Numbered from the stretch's first letter, positions 1 through 8,913 are shown. The stretch is DNA of 46,938 nt from Methanolinea sp. UBA473 (GCA_002509495.1 DAEV01000012.1:4714-51651), one strand, 5' to 3'. Numbers and translations are program-made. The notes: generated by a model not told the origin, from the letters alone.

Positions 1-374
1 CTGGAAAGGTTGGCGAACTCTTTCCTCGTCCACGTGAAGACAATGTCCTTCCGGGTCCTCCGGATGCCGGAAAACCTCCTGTCACCGAGGATGTACTCGC
101 TCATTGCATTGAAATTTGCCGACCTGATGCGGTAGATCTTGATCGCAAGATCCTCGGAATCTTTCTCCCCGAAGAAGACATTTGCCTCTTTCCCCGTACT
201 GATGGAACCACCAATCGCGGTCAGCCATTTTTTATGAACGAGTTTGTACAGGGCCATCAGGGTCACCTCATCGAAGACATCGTCCCTGACCTTCAGCTGG
301 TCCATATCCTTGATACGGATCCCCAGCTCGGCAATCTTCCGATCGAACCCGTTCTCGATATGTTCGATGCTCAC
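1..374 (-). CDS. rio1: RIO-type serine/threonine protein kinase (Rio1-like), N-terminal part. The 3' end runs off the window.
   Basis: Absent from the ORF track because there is no stop in the window. Hand translation of the minus strand gives (V/M)SIEHIENGFDRKIAELGIRIKDMDQLKVRDDVFDEVTLMALYKLVHKKWLTAIGGSISTGKEANVFFGEKDSEDLAIKIYRIRSANF... This carries the RIO nucleotide loop STGKEANV and the AIKIYR lysine strand. The GTG at 374-372 overlaps the tyrS stop codon (GTGA). Confidence 0.75.
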   Translation of the reverse strand, partial: MSIEHIENGFDRKIAELGIRIKDMDQLKVRDDVFDEVTLMALYKLVHKKWLTAIGGSISTGKEANVFFGEKDSEDLAIKIYRIRSANFNAMSEYILGDRRFSGIRRTRKDIVFTWTRKEFANLS

Positions 375-1330
375 GCCCGTTCACCAGTCACTGCCACGTG
401 GTCCCGCACGCAGGCCAGCAGGTCAGCCATGTAAATTCCGGTGGTCTTCTTCAGGTCGAGGGGGTGGATCTCACCGTTCCGGTACGCGGTCTCGAGATCG
501 GGATAGCTCCGGAACTCCCTGTCTCCCCCGAACTTGGCCGGCCTCCGGACCACCACTTCAGGAACCCTCGGGAACACATGATACTGGAGGATCTGGAGAA
601 CCGGGTTCTCTTCGCATTCCGGCGGGCAGAAAGCCTTCTGGCATTTTTTCTCGATCTCTTCGACGCTGTCGGCCACTGAGATATAGTTGCCGCTGGAGGA
701 TGACATCTTTTTTCCGTCAAGGCCGTTTAAGATGGGGGTGTGGATACAGACGGGTGCGGGGTACCCGACAGCGGGAAGGTGTTCCCGGGCGAGCATATGG
801 ATCTTACGCTGGTCGATCCCTCCCACCGCAGTATTCACGTCCAGGCGTGCGATGTCCACCATCTGCATGATCGGATAGATCATCTGGGAGACCGTGGGGG
901 CATCCATCTGTCTCCCCACCTCGTCCATGCTCCTCCTGGCCCGGTTCAGGGTGATCTGCTGCGAGAGGGAGAGCACCATCACCTCGTAGTCAGGATCCAG
1001 CTGCAGGTCCGAGCCGAGAACGTACTTCACTCCGGCCAGGCCCAGCCCCTCAAAGCACCTCCGGTTATACCGGGCCAGTTCCTGCACCTGTTCCATGGTC
1101 CCTTTCCGGTTCAGAAATGCATGCAGGTCTGCAAGCAGCACCACGACCTCGAATCCCGCTGCTTTCAGATCCATGAGCTTATTGATAGTGACCAGGTGCC
1201 CGAGATGGATCTCCCCGCTCGGCTCGTAACCGGCATACACCCTCTTCTTCTGCCCGGCAAGGACCGTCCGGAGCTCCTCGTCGGTGACGACCTCGACGGT
1301 GTTCCTCGTCGCCAGAGTATACGCATCCAT
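371..1330 (-). CDS. tyrS: Tyrosine--tRNA ligase (archaeal type)
   Basis: 319-aa ORF. It has the class-I HIGH-like motif (GEIHLGHL), the KMSKS-like motif (KMSSS) and the short archaeal TyrRS length. Confidence 0.93.
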   Translation of the reverse strand: MDAYTLATRNTVEVVTDEELRTVLAGQKKRVYAGYEPSGEIHLGHLVTINKLMDLKAAGFEVVVLLADLHAFLNRKGTMEQVQELARYNRRCFEGLGLAGVKYVLGSDLQLDPDYEVMVLSLSQQITLNRARRSMDEVGRQMDAPTVSQMIYPIMQMVDIARLDVNTAVGGIDQRKIHMLAREHLPAVGYPAPVCIHTPILNGLDGKKMSSSSGNYISVADSVEEIEKKCQKAFCPPECEENPVLQILQYHVFPRVPEVVVRRPAKFGGDREFRSYPDLETAYRNGEIHPLDLKKTTGIYMADLLACVRDHVAVTGERA

Positions 1331-1529
1331 TCATGTAGAATGGGTGACCGGGAGTGTTAAAAGGTTGTGCGAAGCCCAATGGAGGACGTGGAAAGAAGGA
1401 AGATTGGTGGAGAAGCGGGAGGATCCGGACTATGAGAACGGTCCCATAGCGGTCATATCGCGCCTCTCCAACAAACACTCCGTTCACATGGATGAAATAT
1501 TCCCTAGATGTGGTGGGAAAAAGAGGGAG

Positions 1530-2552
1530 TTACTTGATCGCCACGAAGTTCAGCGCCTTGTTGGTCTTTGCGATGGACTTTGCCGGATCCTTCTCGATCC
1601 CGGTCATGGCCCGGATCGCGTCGACGTTCTCCACCACCACGTCGGCCTCCTGGTGGATTGCCTGGAAAAGGTACAGCTCTTTTCCGATCGCGGAGACGGA
1701 CTCCTCGAAGATCCCGTTCTCCCAGAGGTCGGAGCGGAACCGGCCGAGATCCATCGCAAACTCCTTCAGTTCCGCGGTGCTGGTGATCCCGGTGGCTTTT
1801 CGCACAAGTCCGAGCCGGGGATGGTCCTCGATGACCTGGATCACCCTGTCCCTCGAAGCATCGGATTTGAGGTCCATCTGGACAACGTGCATATGCATCA
1901 TCGTGACAGGGACGATCATTGCAAGGGTGACGATGTTGATATGGGGGAGCACCGTCTGCACGTCAGGGCCATGGTGACTCGGGATCGTCACGGGGTTCAG
2001 GACCACGGCATCGATCGGACCGCGTTTGATATCGCCGGGATCTCCTCCACGACGGACCATTACCGCCCGGACTTTCTCTACGCCGTATTCCTTGTCCATG
2101 GCCTGGATGATGCGGCAGAGCCCGGTGGTATTGCACGAAACGACACGCACGAACTGCCTTCCTATGGCATCCTTATAATTACAATCCGAGTTGAATGAGA
2201 ATCCTGCTACCTCGTGATCTTCCCCGCCCTGCCAGATGGCTTTGACCCCGAGCTTCTCGTAGAGAGGCCTGTTCTTTTCGCCCACTCCCCCCGGAGTCGC
2301 ATCCACCACGACATCGGCCGATTTCAGCATCTCCTCAACCGATCCCGCCACGGGGATATTTGCCTTCTCGAACGCGGCTTTCTTTGAGATATCCGCAATG
2401 AACAGGGGAAATCCCCGGGCCTTTGCAACCATGGCCTCGTGGCTTGGCTTTGTTTTGGAGACCCCCACGACCTTCATGTCCGGCTGGGCGGCCACCGCAT
2501 CGGCCACCCTCTTCCCGATGGTTCCGTATCCGTTGATGGCGACTCTGATCAT
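1530..2552 (-). CDS. gap: Glyceraldehyde-3-phosphate dehydrogenase, archaeal type II (NAD(P)-dependent)
   Basis: 340 aa. N-terminal Rossmann motif MIRVAINGYGTIGKRV, catalytic-Cys motif VVSCNTTGLCR, and archaeal GAPDH length. Confidence 0.93.
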   Translation of the reverse strand: MIRVAINGYGTIGKRVADAVAAQPDMKVVGVSKTKPSHEAMVAKARGFPLFIADISKKAAFEKANIPVAGSVEEMLKSADVVVDATPGGVGEKNRPLYEKLGVKAIWQGGEDHEVAGFSFNSDCNYKDAIGRQFVRVVSCNTTGLCRIIQAMDKEYGVEKVRAVMVRRGGDPGDIKRGPIDAVVLNPVTIPSHHGPDVQTVLPHINIVTLAMIVPVTMMHMHVVQMDLKSDASRDRVIQVIEDHPRLGLVRKATGITSTAELKEFAMDLGRFRSDLWENGIFEESVSAIGKELYLFQAIHQEADVVVENVDAIRAMTGIEKDPAKSIAKTNKALNFVAIK

Positions 2553-2676
2553 ATGAGAAGGGAATCGGACACAGACGAATTAAAGATTCTCATCCGGGGT
2601 TCCGCCACCAGGGATCAGGTTGAGATAGTACCTGGATTCATCCGAAGAAACAAGGGGGTCGAACCGGGTTGAACAT

Positions 2677-3651
2677 ATGAACGACAGGAATTATGATTGG
2701 AACGAAAACGGATACAGATCTGCTATGCAGTTCCACCTCAATCCTGTCCCGCCCTATGATTTTTTCTTAAGCTCACGGATCTTTTCTTCCGGTGATCCGG
2801 AGGTTCGCAGATTCGAATCGGGAACTTTCCGGCAGGTGCTCCGGATCGGGGGAACACCGGTTCTGGTGAAGATTATAAGTTGCGGAACAGTAGGGGAACC
2901 CTCGCTCCTGGCAGAGATCCAATCAGTACGGAAGTTGTATGCCGGAGAAGTAGGGGAGGCGCGCAGGCGGGTCTCATCCATGTTCAGTCTCCAGGACGAC
3001 CTGAATGCATTTTACCGGACAATTGCCGGAGATCCTCCGATGGCTGCCCTTTCAGGCCGGTTATTCGGATTGAAAGCCCCTGCGACTGCCACTGTCTTCG
3101 AGGCGCTCGTTTCGTCCATTATCGAGCAGCAGATCTCGATCCACGTTGCGAGGGTTATAGAAACCAGGCTTGTGAAACGGTTCGGAGATCCTTTGGAATT
3201 CCAGGGCAGAAGGTATTATGCTTATCCTTTACCGGAACGACTTGCGGAGGGATCCCCTGGAGAGTTCAGGTCATGCGGCCTCCCCGCGAGAAAAGGCGAA
3301 TATATCCGGAATGTTGCGTCGATGATCGTCCGGGATGAGCTCGATCTGGAAGGATTGAGGGATGTCCGGGAGAACGGGACGATCATCCGGGATCTCTGCA
3401 GGATCCGGGGGATCGGTCTCTGGACCGTGGAATTTGTCCTTCTCAGGGGACTGCACAGGCTGGAATCGATCCCCGCCGACGATCTTGGGGTGAGAAGGGC
3501 AATCGCCGGCACCTACTGTCCGGGAAAGAGGATTACCGGGGAGGATGCCCGCAGGATCGCTCTGAAATGGAAGGACTGGAAAGGACTTGCTGCGTTCTAT
3601 CTTCTCGTAGCGGAGCAGATCGATCGTGAGACCCCTGGAACAACCGCATGA
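2677..3651 (+). CDS. DNA-3-methyladenine glycosylase II / HhH-GPD base-excision glycosylase (AlkA-like)
   Basis: 324 aa. Helix-hairpin-helix IRGIGLWTVEFVLLRG followed by the catalytic-Asp segment IPADDLGVRRA. An AlkA-like N-terminal domain is present. Confidence 0.8.
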   Translation: MNDRNYDWNENGYRSAMQFHLNPVPPYDFFLSSRIFSSGDPEVRRFESGTFRQVLRIGGTPVLVKIISCGTVGEPSLLAEIQSVRKLYAGEVGEARRRVSSMFSLQDDLNAFYRTIAGDPPMAALSGRLFGLKAPATATVFEALVSSIIEQQISIHVARVIETRLVKRFGDPLEFQGRRYYAYPLPERLAEGSPGEFRSCGLPARKGEYIRNVASMIVRDELDLEGLRDVRENGTIIRDLCRIRGIGLWTVEFVLLRGLHRLESIPADDLGVRRAIAGTYCPGKRITGEDARRIALKWKDWKGLAAFYLLVAEQIDRETPGTTA

Positions 3652-3996
3652 AGACAAATATTTTAGTATCTGCACAATGGGGGGGTTGGATGAATCACCA
3701 GGAATTGTTCGTTCCGCCAGGTGCGAAATAAATATCCCTGCACACCCTTTACCCCGGGGACCGGGCTCCAGACCGGGTTCTTCCGCATTGGAACGGACGG
3801 TTGCCCTGCAGGGATTGGCCGTGAGCCAAAAAAACCGACCGGATCCGGTACTTTTACGCAGGGAATAACTATCCGGGCGATATGAAGCAGAGCTGCTTGA
3901 TCCAGGATATCCCTGGCGTTTTCCTCTCCAAATTCGGACCTGGCGATTCAAAATCCTTAAGGATAGGAATATCGATGTACAGTCCAGTGGATTTTC

Positions 3997-4266
3997 ATGG
4001 AAGACGAGAAGTATCTCCGGGCGAAACAACGGGTTGAGGAACTGAAAGGGTTCTATTCGCACCTGGGCATCTTTGCTCTGATCAATGTGCTTCTCTTTGT
4101 TGTCAACCTTGTCACGTCACCAGGTAACTGGTGGTTCTACTGGGTGACAATTTTCTGGGGAATTGCACTGGTCTACCATGGCGCAAGGATTGTCTCCTCG
4201 AAGAAGGTGTTTTCCCGTGAATGGGAAGAGAAAAAAATCCGTCAGTACATCGACGAGGATAAGTAA
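3997..4266 (+). CDS. 2TM domain-containing small membrane protein
   Basis: 89 aa. The pattern YLRAKQRVEELKGFYSHL, two hydrophobic helices (WWFYWVTIFWGIAL) and a basic/acidic tail matches the 2TM family. Confidence 0.6.
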   Translation: MEDEKYLRAKQRVEELKGFYSHLGIFALINVLLFVVNLVTSPGNWWFYWVTIFWGIALVYHGARIVSSKKVFSREWEEKKIRQYIDEDK

Positions 4267-4280
4267 GGAGGTGTACCTGG

Positions 4281-4296
4281 TCCGAACCGGTTCGGA
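4281..4296. terminator. Perfect 16-nt palindrome TCCGAACCGGTTCGGA between two convergent genes. Possible bidirectional stem-loop terminator or protein-binding site.
   Basis: Read directly from the sequence. It lies in the 51-nt gap between the 3' ends of 3997..4266 (+) and 4318..4782 (-). No adjacent oligo-T tract. Confidence 0.3.
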
Positions 4297-4317
4297 TTAA
4301 CAGGCCTAAAAGAGGGT

Positions 4318-4782
4318 TCAATGATCCGGATTGTCCTTGACGGGAGGCTGGTTGATGATCCGCCAGTAAAGGCCCATCTCCCTGATCACGTTGGCAAATT
4401 CGTCGAACTGAACCGGTTTTACGATATAACTGTTCACACCCAGGTTATAGCTCTCAACGATGTCCCGTTCCTCCCGGGAGGAGGTGAGCACCACGACTGG
4501 AATAGTCCGGGTGACGGTATCCTGCTTGATCCTTCGTAGTACTTCGAGCCCGTCCACTTTGGGCAGTTTGAGATCCAACAGGATGACTTTTGGCCTATCC
4601 TGGGTGTTGCGCCCCGCAAACGCCCCGGTTCCGAAGACATAATCCAGCGCTTCCTCGCCATTCCAGGCCACGTGGACCCGGTCCGAGAGATTGCACCACT
4701 GGAACACGTGAAGGATCAACTCAACGTCATTGGGATTATCCTCTACCAGAAGTATCTCGGCGGGCTTCTCCAGGGGATCCAT
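4318..4782 (-). CDS. Stand-alone response-regulator receiver (CheY-like REC) protein
   Basis: 154 aa. LLVEDNPND acidic pocket, phospho-acceptor LLDLKLPKVDG, VVLTSS and the conserved K in VKP. No output domain. Confidence 0.9.
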   Translation of the reverse strand: MDPLEKPAEILLVEDNPNDVELILHVFQWCNLSDRVHVAWNGEEALDYVFGTGAFAGRNTQDRPKVILLDLKLPKVDGLEVLRRIKQDTVTRTIPVVVLTSSREERDIVESYNLGVNSYIVKPVQFDEFANVIREMGLYWRIINQPPVKDNPDH

Positions 4783-4937
4783 CAGGAGAATTGTCGCTCA
4801 CAAAGCATGAAAAAGGTTTTGTAATCACCCGCGTCTCCGCTTTAATCTCTATCACGGATACGGTATGCCTGGCATAGGGAACAGGGGACGATTACAGGAT
4901 CGAGCAGTGGTGGAACATAACTGATTGGCAAATCTTT

Positions 4938-5714
4938 ATGGGACGGTGGGGAAACCACACCAGTGCTATGATCCTTGATCAGGATAAGATCACCCGGATC
5001 AAGAGGCTGCTCAAGTCAAGACCCAAAGGGCTGACGATTTCGGATGTCTCCCAAAATCTCAAGATAAACCGGAATTCTGTTGCCAAGTACCTGGAGATCC
5101 TCCTGATTACCGGCCAGGTGGAGATGAGACTCTATGGAAATGCCAAGGTGTACTACCTCTCCCAGAGGGTCCCCATCTCCGACATGCTCAAGTTTGCCAC
5201 CGAACTCATCCTGATCCTGGATACGGACCTGAAGATCGCAGATGTGAATGAGAATTTTCTCCGGTTCTTTTCCTTAAGCCGCGAGAATGTGCTTGGATGC
5301 GAGGTAAAACAGCTGAACGTCCCGGCTTTATCCTCATTGAACCTCGCGCCTCTTCCGGAAGAGGAGGGGGAACCCGGCGAATTCCCGAGGGATATCCACT
5401 TTACCCAGAATGGAGAGGAGAAGCATCTGAAGGTGAAAGTGGTTCCCACCGTCTTTGACGACGGCAACAGGGGGCTGACCCTGATCATCGAGGACGTTAC
5501 GCTGCCCACCCAGTATGAGCATGAGCTCCGTATCAACGAGGCCAGGTACCGGGCGATCGTGGAGGACCAGACCGAACTGATCTGCAGGTTCACCCCGGAT
5601 TTTACGTCACGTTTGTCAATGACGCGGTCTGTCAATATCTGGGAAAGGGCCGGGAAGAGATCATCGGTGGTTCGTACATTGACTTCATCGCAAAGCAAGA
5701 CAGGGACCTGGTGA
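4938..5714 (+). CDS. Winged-helix HTH plus PAS sensor/regulator, 5' fragment. The frame is broken near 5600-5603. The likely true start is the ATG at 4968.
   Basis: HTH segment ITRIKRLLKSRPKGLTISDVSQNLKINRNSVAKYLEILLITGQVE, then a PAS domain, then the start of a second PAS (NEARYRAIVEDQTELICRFTPDF). The ORF then decays into a non-PAS tail and a stop. Confidence 0.75.
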   Translation: MGRWGNHTSAMILDQDKITRIKRLLKSRPKGLTISDVSQNLKINRNSVAKYLEILLITGQVEMRLYGNAKVYYLSQRVPISDMLKFATELILILDTDLKIADVNENFLRFFSLSRENVLGCEVKQLNVPALSSLNLAPLPEEEGEPGEFPRDIHFTQNGEEKHLKVKVVPTVFDDGNRGLTLIIEDVTLPTQYEHELRINEARYRAIVEDQTELICRFTPDFTSRLSMTRSVNIWERAGKRSSVVRTLTSSQSKTGTW

Positions 5715-7516
5715 TATCGAGGGTTTTCTCCCTGTCAAAAAACAAGCCTGTCCAGACCGGTGAGAACAGGGCAGTTGGCACGGAGGAGGATCCATGCTGG
5801 CAGCAATGGACGCACCGGGCTATTTTCAACGACACGGGAGCCGTGGCGGAGTACCAGGGAGTCGGGAAGGATATTACCGGGAAGAAGAAGGCCGAACAGG
5901 ATCTCATCGTCAAGGATATGGCGATCGCCTCGTCGATCAGCGGGATTGGAATCGCCGATATGCAGGGAAGGCTGACCTACTCCAACGGCGCGTTTCTGAA
6001 GATGTTCGGATATGACGACCCCGGAGAGATCCTCCAGTTGCCAATCATGTATTTTGCACATCACGATGACGAGGATTCCGGCTTTGCATTGGGGATCACT
6101 CAGGCCCTGATGGAAAAGGGCGAGTGGAGGGGAGAGGTCACCCCATACCGGAGGGACGGGTCGCGGTTTTTTGCCCATCTCTCTGCAAACCTGGTCAGGG
6201 ACAACCGGGGGATGCCCATCTGCATGATGGTCTCGTTCATCGACATCACCGCAAGCAAGGAAGCGGAACGGGAGATCCATATCAAGAATACCGCGATCGA
6301 ATCTGCAATCAATGGGATCGTAATCTTCGATCCTACCGAGCGACCCATCTATGCCAACCAATCCTACCTTCGGATGTTCGGATTCGCATCTATTGAGGAG
6401 ATGAACGGGAAGAAGAAAGCGGATTACAACAAAATGTACCAGGCGATGCAGCCATCGTCCAGTGAGATCGTAGGAATTCTCCGGGACCGGGGGAACTGGG
6501 TAGGGGATGTAAGAACGAAAAAAACGGATGGATCCACCATCTATTTCCAGTTATCCGCAACCCTGGTGAAGGACAACCAGGGATCGCCGATCTGCTCCAT
6601 GGCCACGTTCATGGACATCACCGAGCATAAACTCGTTGAAAAGGCCTTGAAAAGCACGTATGAAAAACTGCAGGAGGCGATCGAGTTCATGCCGGATCCC
6701 ACCTTCATCGTGGACCGGAACAAGAATGTGATTGCCTGGAACCGGGCACTCGAGGCTCTGACGGGAGTGAAAAAGGAGGATGTGCTGAGCCGGGGCGATT
6801 ATGCCAGAGTGTTTGCGTTCTTCGGGGATGCCCGTCCTCTCCTGATCGATATCCTGAGCCTTCCCGCCCATGAACTGGCAAAATCATATCCCAATGTCCG
6901 GCGTTTCGGAGAAAGCATCTTTGTGGAAGCTTTTGTTCCAGGGTTACACGGTGGAAGAGGGGCGTATCTCTGGGGAAAAGCGACCCCTCTCTTTGATCGG
7001 GAGGGTAATTCTATCGGGGCTATCGAATCACTCCGCGACATGTCCGAATGGAAGAGGGCAAAGGAGTCTCTCCGGAATGCCAGGGAGAAGGAAAAGACGT
7101 GGGTTGGAAAGGGGGAAGGCACTGCCGGGAACCGGGGGGGTGCAGGGGTGGATACCCTGGAAGTACAATGCATGGAATGTGTCCTCGATCAGCTCCGCGA
7201 AGGGGTGATCATCCTTGATACGGAAGCCAGGATCCACAGGACAAACAATCCCTTCCTCGTTCTCGTTCGGCATCCGCGGGATGATGTGATTGGGAAGGAT
7301 GTTTCTGAATTCTGCGTGCCGAAAGGTTTGGAGGACATGAAGGATATCCTTCAATCGGAGGACGAGAACGGGACTACCGTCTGCGAAATGATATTGAAAT
7401 CGGGGAACTCGGAAATCCCTGTCTCTGCCGAAATTTCCCGGATCAGGAACGCGGTGGGAACTCCCCTCGGGCATCTGCTCCTTCTGCGGATGCCGGACGG
7501 GAACGCTCAGATGTAA
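5711..7516 (+). CDS. Multi-PAS domain protein, 3' fragment of the same gene. This frame is open from 5525. No kinase or other output domain.
   Basis: 601-aa ORF holding several PAS S-box-like units (for example DITGKKKAEQ, FIDITASKEAE, FMDITEHKLVE). Read from 5600, this frame gives FYVTFVNDAVCQYLGKGREEIIGGSYIDFI, which continues the PAS unit interrupted in 4938..5714. Confidence 0.75.
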   Translation: MISRVFSLSKNKPVQTGENRAVGTEEDPCWQQWTHRAIFNDTGAVAEYQGVGKDITGKKKAEQDLIVKDMAIASSISGIGIADMQGRLTYSNGAFLKMFGYDDPGEILQLPIMYFAHHDDEDSGFALGITQALMEKGEWRGEVTPYRRDGSRFFAHLSANLVRDNRGMPICMMVSFIDITASKEAEREIHIKNTAIESAINGIVIFDPTERPIYANQSYLRMFGFASIEEMNGKKKADYNKMYQAMQPSSSEIVGILRDRGNWVGDVRTKKTDGSTIYFQLSATLVKDNQGSPICSMATFMDITEHKLVEKALKSTYEKLQEAIEFMPDPTFIVDRNKNVIAWNRALEALTGVKKEDVLSRGDYARVFAFFGDARPLLIDILSLPAHELAKSYPNVRRFGESIFVEAFVPGLHGGRGAYLWGKATPLFDREGNSIGAIESLRDMSEWKRAKESLRNAREKEKTWVGKGEGTAGNRGGAGVDTLEVQCMECVLDQLREGVIILDTEARIHRTNNPFLVLVRHPRDDVIGKDVSEFCVPKGLEDMKDILQSEDENGTTVCEMILKSGNSEIPVSAEISRIRNAVGTPLGHLLLLRMPDGNAQM

Positions 7517-7998
7517 TAATCCTGGATTTGCAGGATCTCCTGGCTGTTTTTAGCCCTGGAATAGAGACTGAGTGGTTCTTCATTCAACTCGAGAAACCTC
7601 CTTCCCCAACCCAGGGATTCCAGCACCAGGGAAGCCTGTTCCCATTCCCCGAGGATCACAAGGGATGCGGCGAATGCCTCGACAGATGAGAGTTTCCAGG
7701 GACGCCCGAAATTGACCGGATTTGCGGCAACGAGGAACGGAAGTGCCCTCCGGCGTCTCCAGGAGTTTACGGGAATCGTTTCCAGGATATCCCACGAACA
7801 GTCCAGAACCGTGACGGACCTTACCGGCCGATCCGCGGGGGAAAGGGCCTGTTCTGCTGTCGGGTCCAGGAGGAGGGTATTTCGCGGAATACGTGATATT
7901 TTGGAGAGGACTTTCACGAGACCGGAGCGTTCCATCCTCTTTACCGTGCATTTCCGGGGATCACAGCTGTTGTCCCGGAAAGCATAGAGGGGGATCAT
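7507..7998 (-). CDS. tsr3: 16S rRNA aminocarboxypropyltransferase Tsr3 (DUF367 family)
   Basis: 163 aa. N-terminal CDPRKCTVKRM motif, then LLDP...LSP.D and AANPVNFGRPWKLSSVEAFAA, both typical of Tsr3. Confidence 0.8.
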   Translation of the reverse strand: MIPLYAFRDNSCDPRKCTVKRMERSGLVKVLSKISRIPRNTLLLDPTAEQALSPADRPVRSVTVLDCSWDILETIPVNSWRRRRALPFLVAANPVNFGRPWKLSSVEAFAASLVILGEWEQASLVLESLGWGRRFLELNEEPLSLYSRAKNSQEILQIQDYYI

Positions 7999-8028
7999 CT
8001 ATTTCCTCTTGGCATCTACCATCTATCA

Positions 8029-8913
8029 ATGTACGTGCTGTTTTGCCCCTGCATCCAGCATCCCGATCTCCGGGCGAGGGGTATCACCCATGCCATGGAC
8101 CTTTCCGCATTCCGGCGTGCGGAGGAGCGCTGCAGGAAATTCGGGATTGATATCATCCCCCTCCCATGTCCTGAAACGATATTCCTCGGCAGGAACCGTG
8201 AACCGGGGACATTCAAAGAGAGACTGGATTTTGCCTCCTTCTACCAGCTCCTGGACCGCCTCGAGAGTGAGGTGCGGGAGACGATCGAAGCCCGCGGAAT
8301 CCCGCTCTGTATTATCGGAGTGAATTCATCTCCTACCTGCGGAGTGGATTTACATTATTTCGGAAACGATGCCTCCGGCCGCGCAGTGCGGACTCCCGGG
8401 AGGGGGGTGTTTCTTGCACGGTTCCCGGATATTGCCGCGGTCGACGTGAAGGAGTTCGCCCGCTACCGTATCTACCTCGCGGCCCCCCTGTTTTCCGCAG
8501 CGGAAAGGAGATACAACGAGGCACTCCGCGAATTCCTGAAAGGCCGCTTCTACGATGTGTACCTCCCGCAGGAATCCGGAGAAGACGGGAACACCCGGGC
8601 CCCCTCATCCCAGCAGGACATGTTTGCCATGCATGTCCGGGCCCTCGACCAGGCGGATGTGGTCGTGGCGGTGGTGGACGGGGCGGATGCCGACTCGGGA
8701 ACTTCCTGGGAGATGGGATATGCATATGCCCGCGAAAAAAAGGTTATTGCACTGCGGACTGATTTCAGGAGGGCTGGCCTTCATGAGCACGTCAACTTTA
8801 TGCTCGAACAGTCGTCCGTGGTCGTATCCCGGATGGAGGAGATTCCCTCCGCTATCCATGGGCGTGCGGGAAACAGTGCAGGTTTTGAACCCCTGCAAGG
8901 TGACCCTACATGA
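8029..8913 (+). CDS. Fusion protein: N-terminal DUF523/TudS-like Cys-rich domain (putative [4Fe-4S] domain) plus C-terminal nucleoside 2-deoxyribosyltransferase-like domain
   Basis: The N-terminal half has three Cys-containing blocks with DUF523 spacing and context: LFCPCIQHPDLRARG, LPCPETIFLGRNREP and GVNSSPTCGV. The C-terminal half matches the NDT family: IYLAAPLFSAAERRYNE...VYLPQE...ADVVVAVVDGADADSGTSWEMGYAYAREKKVIAL. Its stop overlaps the next start codon (ATGA at 8910-8913). Confidence 0.7.
   Translation: MYVLFCPCIQHPDLRARGITHAMDLSAFRRAEERCRKFGIDIIPLPCPETIFLGRNREPGTFKERLDFASFYQLLDRLESEVRETIEARGIPLCIIGVNSSPTCGVDLHYFGNDASGRAVRTPGRGVFLARFPDIAAVDVKEFARYRIYLAAPLFSAAERRYNEALREFLKGRFYDVYLPQESGEDGNTRAPSSQQDMFAMHVRALDQADVVVAVVDGADADSGTSWEMGYAYAREKKVIALRTDFRRAGLHEHVNFMLEQSSVVVSRMEEIPSAIHGRAGNSAGFEPLQGDPT

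Noticed and set aside
3652-3996. Possible tRNA, SRP RNA or RNase P RNA in the long spacer
   Set aside because: I could not build a cloverleaf with T-loop and anticodon-arm features. I also could not find the conserved SRP domain IV or RNase P P4 sequence elements on either strand. Only short palindromes are supported.
5597-5606. Programmed -1 ribosomal frameshift joining the two PAS ORFs
   Set aside because: GGATTTTAC is not a canonical X_XXY_YYZ slippery heptamer. I see no convincing downstream pseudoknot or hairpin. A one-base homopolymer indel, either a mutation or a sequencing error, explains it fully.
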